Assembly: GCA_944331955.1 (NCBI GenBank)
Contig: CALVIY010000002.1
Coordinates: 7,802-71,801, forward strand
Source of the DNA: an uncultured Bacilli bacterium
GTDB lineage: Bacteria > Bacillota_I > Bacilli_A > RF39 > UBA660
Reading direction: 5' to 3'
Length of the DNA: 64,000 bases
Numbering within the stretch: the stretch's first letter is position 1; each line of letters starts with the position of its first letter. Both the position numbers and the translations under genes were made by a program. The notes below the pieces were generated by a model. That model saw nothing but the letters and a program-made list of their open reading frames with translations. It had not been told where the DNA came from and searched no databases. Shown here piece after piece: positions 61,513 to 64,000 of this stretch.

Positions 61513-62691
61513 TTATTTTTCAGGAATATTTTTAAGTCCTGGTAGTTCTTTTCCTTCTAAATATTCTAGTGTTGCTCCTCCACCTGTTGAGATATGATAT
61601 AGTTTATCTGTTACGTTACAAGATGAAGCGGCTGCGACTATATCTCCTCCACCAAGTACTGTTTTAGCTTGGCTTTCAGTTAAGTAAGTTAATACATCAT
61701 TTGTACCTTTAACATAGTTTTTAAACTCATATACACCTAGTGGTCCATTCCACATAACTGTTTTAGCAGTACTTAAGTTATTCTTAAAGATATTAACAGT
61801 ATTAGGACCAATATCTAAGCCCATCTCATTATCAGTTAGTTCTGTTATATCTTTAACAGTTCCTTCAGTATCTTCATATTTATCGTTACAAACTACATCT
61901 ACTGGTAATATTATTTTATCTTCATTTTCTTTTAATATTTTTTTACAGAAATCAAGGGACTCTTCATCTAATAGAGAATTACCAATATTATATCCTTCTG
62001 CTTTTAAGAAGGTAAATGCCATACCTCCACCGATTAGAATCTTATCACATTTAGGAAGTAAATTTTCAATTAGTCCTATCTTATCACTAACTTTAGCACC
62101 TCCTAATATTATCATAAATGGTCTATCAGGATTAAAAAGGTAAGATAAAGCATTTAGTTCTTTTTCTACAAGTAGTCCTACACAACTTGGTAAGTAAGTA
62201 CTTATACCTACATTTGAAGCATGGGCACGATGAAGAGTACCAAAAGCATCATTAATAAAGACATCTCCTAAACTTGCCCAGTATTTAGCAAGTTCCATAT
62301 CACAGCCACTTTCTTTTTTGCCATCTAAATCTTCATAACGAGTATTTTGCATTAGAATAATATCTCCAGCATTCATATTAGAAGTTGCTTGTTCTATCTC
62401 TTCTCCTCTTGTAGAATTTACAAAAGTTACACTTTTATCTAGTAGTTCGCTAAGTCTTGTAGCAACTACTTCAAGATTATTTTTAACTTTATCCTCTTCA
62501 GTTTTTACACGTCCCAAATGAGACATTAAAATTATTTTAGCATTATGTTCTAGACAATATTTAATAGTAGGTAAGCTTTTTACTATTCTTGTGTCATCTT
62601 TAATAACACCATCTTTAACGGGTACATTAAAATCACATCTAATTATTACTTTTTTATTATCAATATTTAAATCTTTAACAGTTTTTTTCAT
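61513..62691 (-). CDS. pgk: Phosphoglycerate kinase
   Basis: KKVIIRCDFNVP and conserved hinge/ATP-binding motifs. Confidence 0.95.
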   Translation of the reverse strand: MKKTVKDLNIDNKKVIIRCDFNVPVKDGVIKDDTRIVKSLPTIKYCLEHNAKIILMSHLGRVKTEEDKVKNNLEVVATRLSELLDKSVTFVNSTRGEEIEQATSNMNAGDIILMQNTRYEDLDGKKESGCDMELAKYWASLGDVFINDAFGTLHRAHASNVGISTYLPSCVGLLVEKELNALSYLFNPDRPFMIILGGAKVSDKIGLIENLLPKCDKILIGGGMAFTFLKAEGYNIGNSLLDEESLDFCKKILKENEDKIILPVDVVCNDKYEDTEGTVKDITELTDNEMGLDIGPNTVNIFKNNLSTAKTVMWNGPLGVYEFKNYVKGTNDVLTYLTESQAKTVLGGGDIVAAASSCNVTDKLYHISTGGGATLEYLEGKELPGLKNIPEK

Positions 62692-62797
62692 ATATATAAT
62701 CCTCCTAATAATATTGTAGTATTTTTCTTGTTTTTTTTCAATGTTTCTTACATTTATAACAGTATTGTAATGTCAAAAGAAAAAGAGCCAAAAGCTC

Positions 62798-63802
62798 TTA
62801 TAGGTTTGCAACGTATTTAGCTACTCTTACATACTGTGCAGTATAACTCATTTCATTATCATACCATGCTACTACTTTAACTAGTTGTTCTCCATCTACT
62901 TCACTAATTGATGTTAGTAGACTATCAACTAAACTACCATAGTGCATTCCTATTGTATCACTTGAAACGATTGGATCAGTTGTATAACCTAGAGTTTCAT
63001 TAGTATTGTTTTTTAATACTTCATTGATTTCTTCAACTGTAGTATTTTTATTAAGTTTTAATACTAAATCAACAACTGAACCTGTTGTTACAGGAACTCT
63101 CATGGCTGCTCCTTCCATCTTTCCTTCAAGGTTAGGTAATACTTTACCGATAGCAGAAGCTGCACCAGTTGATGCTGGAACGATATTTGCAGCACTTGCT
63201 CTACCACGACGAGCTTTTATTCCTTTTTTATGAGCAACATCTAGTGTAGCTTGGTCATTTGTATAAGCATGAACTGTTGTCATATATCCTTGTTTAACAC
63301 CAAAGTTATCATCTAATACTTTTAAAACAGGTGCTAGACAGTTAGTAGTACAGCTAGCAGCAGAGATAATCTTCTCACTTCCATCTAAAATATCATGGTT
63401 AACATTATAAACAATAGTTTTAACATCACCTTTAGCAGGTGCTGATATAATAACTTTTTTAGCACCAGCATTGATATGTGCCATTGCTTTCTCATCACTT
63501 GTAAATTTACCAGTACATTCAAGTACAATATCAATATCTAAATCTTTCCATGGTAATAGATTAGGATCTGTTTCTGCATATACTTTAATTTTCTTATCTC
63601 CTACTACAATATTATCTCCTTCAAAAGATATTTCATTTTCTCTATATCTTCTGTGGGAAGTATCATATTTAAGTAAGTAAGCAAGTTGTTCTGCATCTGT
63701 TAAATCATTAATAGCCACTACTTCCATTTCTGGATCTTCATCTAATAATCTAAATGCTAACCTTCCTATTCTTCCAAACCCATTAATTGCAACTTTTTTC
63801 AT
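62798..63802 (-). CDS. gap: Glyceraldehyde-3-phosphate dehydrogenase
   Basis: [11 protein letters not shown] and the SCTTNCLAP catalytic Cys. Confidence 0.95.
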   Translation of the reverse strand: MKKVAINGFGRIGRLAFRLLDEDPEMEVVAINDLTDAEQLAYLLKYDTSHRRYRENEISFEGDNIVVGDKKIKVYAETDPNLLPWKDLDIDIVLECTGKFTSDEKAMAHINAGAKKVIISAPAKGDVKTIVYNVNHDILDGSEKIISAASCTTNCLAPVLKVLDDNFGVKQGYMTTVHAYTNDQATLDVAHKKGIKARRGRASAANIVPASTGAASAIGKVLPNLEGKMEGAAMRVPVTTGSVVDLVLKLNKNTTVEEINEVLKNNTNETLGYTTDPIVSSDTIGMHYGSLVDSLLTSISEVDGEQLVKVVAWYDNEMSYTAQYVRVAKYVANL

Positions 63803-63807
63803 TTTTA

Positions 63808-63993
63808 TTATTCCTCCTCTTCTTCTTTTGGTACAAACATACCATCTTCTTTTTCTACTGCTTTTACTGGAGAATCTTTTTCTACTCCATTATTGTAAGC
63901 TAAAACCATAATAGCAATGAGAACAACGATAAATATTCCTATAAATATTAACATTGTACTCATTCCAAAACCTCTATTATTTAATTTACCCAC
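63808..63993 (-). CDS. Small single-TM protein with poly-Glu C-terminus (uncertain)
   Basis: The ORF's final codons (GAGGAGGAA) double as the gap RBS; could be non-coding. Confidence 0.25.
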   Translation of the reverse strand: MGKLNNRGFGMSTMLIFIGIFIVVLIAIMVLAYNNGVEKDSPVKAVEKEDGMFVPKEEEEE

Positions 63994-64000
63994 ATCATCA

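Overview
AT-rich (roughly 25-30% GC), gene-dense chromosomal window from a low-GC, spore-forming Firmicute. Spo0A and a Cse60-like protein are present; gene content resembles Clostridia or Erysipelotrichia. Almost everything is coded on the minus strand.

Conserved backbone:
- ligA (partial) and pcrA.
- The ytxG/ytxH stress operon and trmB.
- leuS.
- The complete S10-spc-alpha ribosomal protein cluster (rpsJ through rplQ, with secY, adk, map, infA, rpmJ and rpoA). rpmD (L30) is absent.
- Glycolytic genes gap, pgk, tpiA and gpmI.

Accessory material is interleaved with this backbone:
1. Two tandem sugar-nucleotidyltransferase paralogs plus a COG1373 AAA ATPase are wedged between pcrA and ligA.
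2. A surface-protein locus holds a large modular type IV pilin-like protein and a TQXA thioester-domain adhesin. The adhesin has four SpaA/CnaB-type tandem repeats and a VPFTG sorting signal, and is translationally coupled to a small (probably class B) sortase.
3. A cell-wall locus holds four FemAB-family paralogs, a MurJ/SpoVB-like flippase, an LD-carboxypeptidase and an HD hydrolase.
4. An island between the S10 operon and a Y-family polymerase gene carries an IS30-family transposase, a GNAT acetyltransferase and a ToxN/AbiQ-type type III toxin preceded by a tandem-repeat array (candidate ToxI antitoxin RNA). It also carries a divergent sigma-70-like protein, an unknown 176-aa protein, a PHP-domain phosphoesterase and a second COG1373 ATPase.
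5. The glycolytic cluster is interrupted by a GT4 glycosyltransferase, a hypothetical protein, spo0A (with a perfect 0A box upstream) and a third COG1373 ATPase.

No rRNA, tRNA or CRISPR arrays were recognised. All calls are from reading the sequence and ORF translations; no database search was possible.
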